A DNA stretch of 62,645 bases, filler included, from Rhabdomonas costata (taxonomy: Eukaryota), in NCBI GenBank assembly GCA_019059605.1. It is 34 parts of 34 records of this genome, joined end to end, with 100 filler letters (N's around TTAATTAATTAA, not from the genome) between each part and the next. Parts side by side here need not be neighbours in the genome. Positions count along the whole stretch, not along the records: positions 60,903 to 62,645 come from JAHMHO010009755.1; 33 more parts are not named here. One strand, given 5' to 3'. Of this stretch, positions 62,176 through 62,645 are shown one piece after another; the stretch's first letter is position 1, and every line of letters starts with the position of its first letter. The notes beneath the pieces were generated by a model, which had not been told where the DNA came from, made no database searches, and saw nothing but the letters and a program-made list of their open reading frames with translations. The position numbers and the translations under genes are program-made.

Positions 62176-62645
62176 TCTGCCCCACGGATTCCGGGCCTTT
62201 GTCGCGCAGCTGCTCTTTTCCAGCGGCTACCTGCATTGCTCCGTTGCTGCTCAGGTCTTTGAGACTCCACACTCCTTGGGGGGCTGGGGTCTTTTCTCGT
62301 GGGAACGACCCTTGACGTTTTTCTTTCGAATCGGTGAACTGGCAGCACCGGTATCTTCAGGCGTTGCCGTGCCAGCACATCACTCTATAATTGCACTGCG
62401 GGTTATTCCTGCCCTCTTCCAATGAACCTCCTCAACCTCAGGGTTGCCTCACTGACTTTGCCCTGGTGCGTCTGCGAGTACTGTCGATTCCCGTTGGTTG
62501 TAGCATAACGACTCTGAATTATTGCGAAGCTCGATGGTCCGCTTGTGCCTCTGCGCAGTGGATCCGTCTCTACGCGAGTTCGTTCCAGGTGCTCCTCCCT
62601 CGGGTGCACAAAGGGACACAGTTGAAACAGTGCATGCCATCCCGT

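Noticed and set aside
61341..62315. Long ORFs in the track (324 aa here; also 3914-4732, 20563-21363, 31928-32749) as complete genes
   Set aside because: They are antisense to, or read through the introns around, short real exons, with no domain signal outside those exons.
1..62645. A metabolic cluster of acetate transporter, FNT, thiolase and NTT
   Set aside because: The genes sit on unlinked contigs apparently grouped by length, so proximity is meaningless.

Overview
This is not contiguous DNA. It is 34 unlinked contigs of about 1.74 kb each, joined by 100-nt artificial spacers (N44-TTAATTAATTAA-N44), so adjacency between contigs has no biological meaning. The sequence is eukaryotic, with short GC-rich exons and GT-AG or GC-AG introns. 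The cilium/centriole genes CFAP418 and CEP131 indicate a flagellated organism; a euglenid-like protist is my inference only. By splicing exons manually I recognise fragments of a GPR1/FUN34/YaaH acetate transporter, myosin, a PSI-domain protein, CEP131, a DNAJB12/14-type DUF1977 protein, DIS3/RRP44, a thiolase, a RING-ZZ protein, an ABCB transporter, CFAP418, a formate-nitrite transporter (FNT), an RRM protein, an ankyrin protein, RINT1/TIP20, a dual-specificity phosphatase (DUSP), an NTT/TLC nucleotide transporter, a GT23 fucosyltransferase-like protein and a receiver domain. There are also heavily decayed copia and gypsy relics. No multi-gene system can be supported. The best leads are: a hammerhead-ribozyme-like motif with a decayed second copy (1670-1727); an FNT with a mitochondrial-type presequence whose in-frame second exon lies on the opposite strand (probably a chimera, but testable); a DUSP with a CX4R loop; and an ~80-bp intronic repeat with a compensatory base-pair change. 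All family calls are from motif recognition by eye, not database searches.
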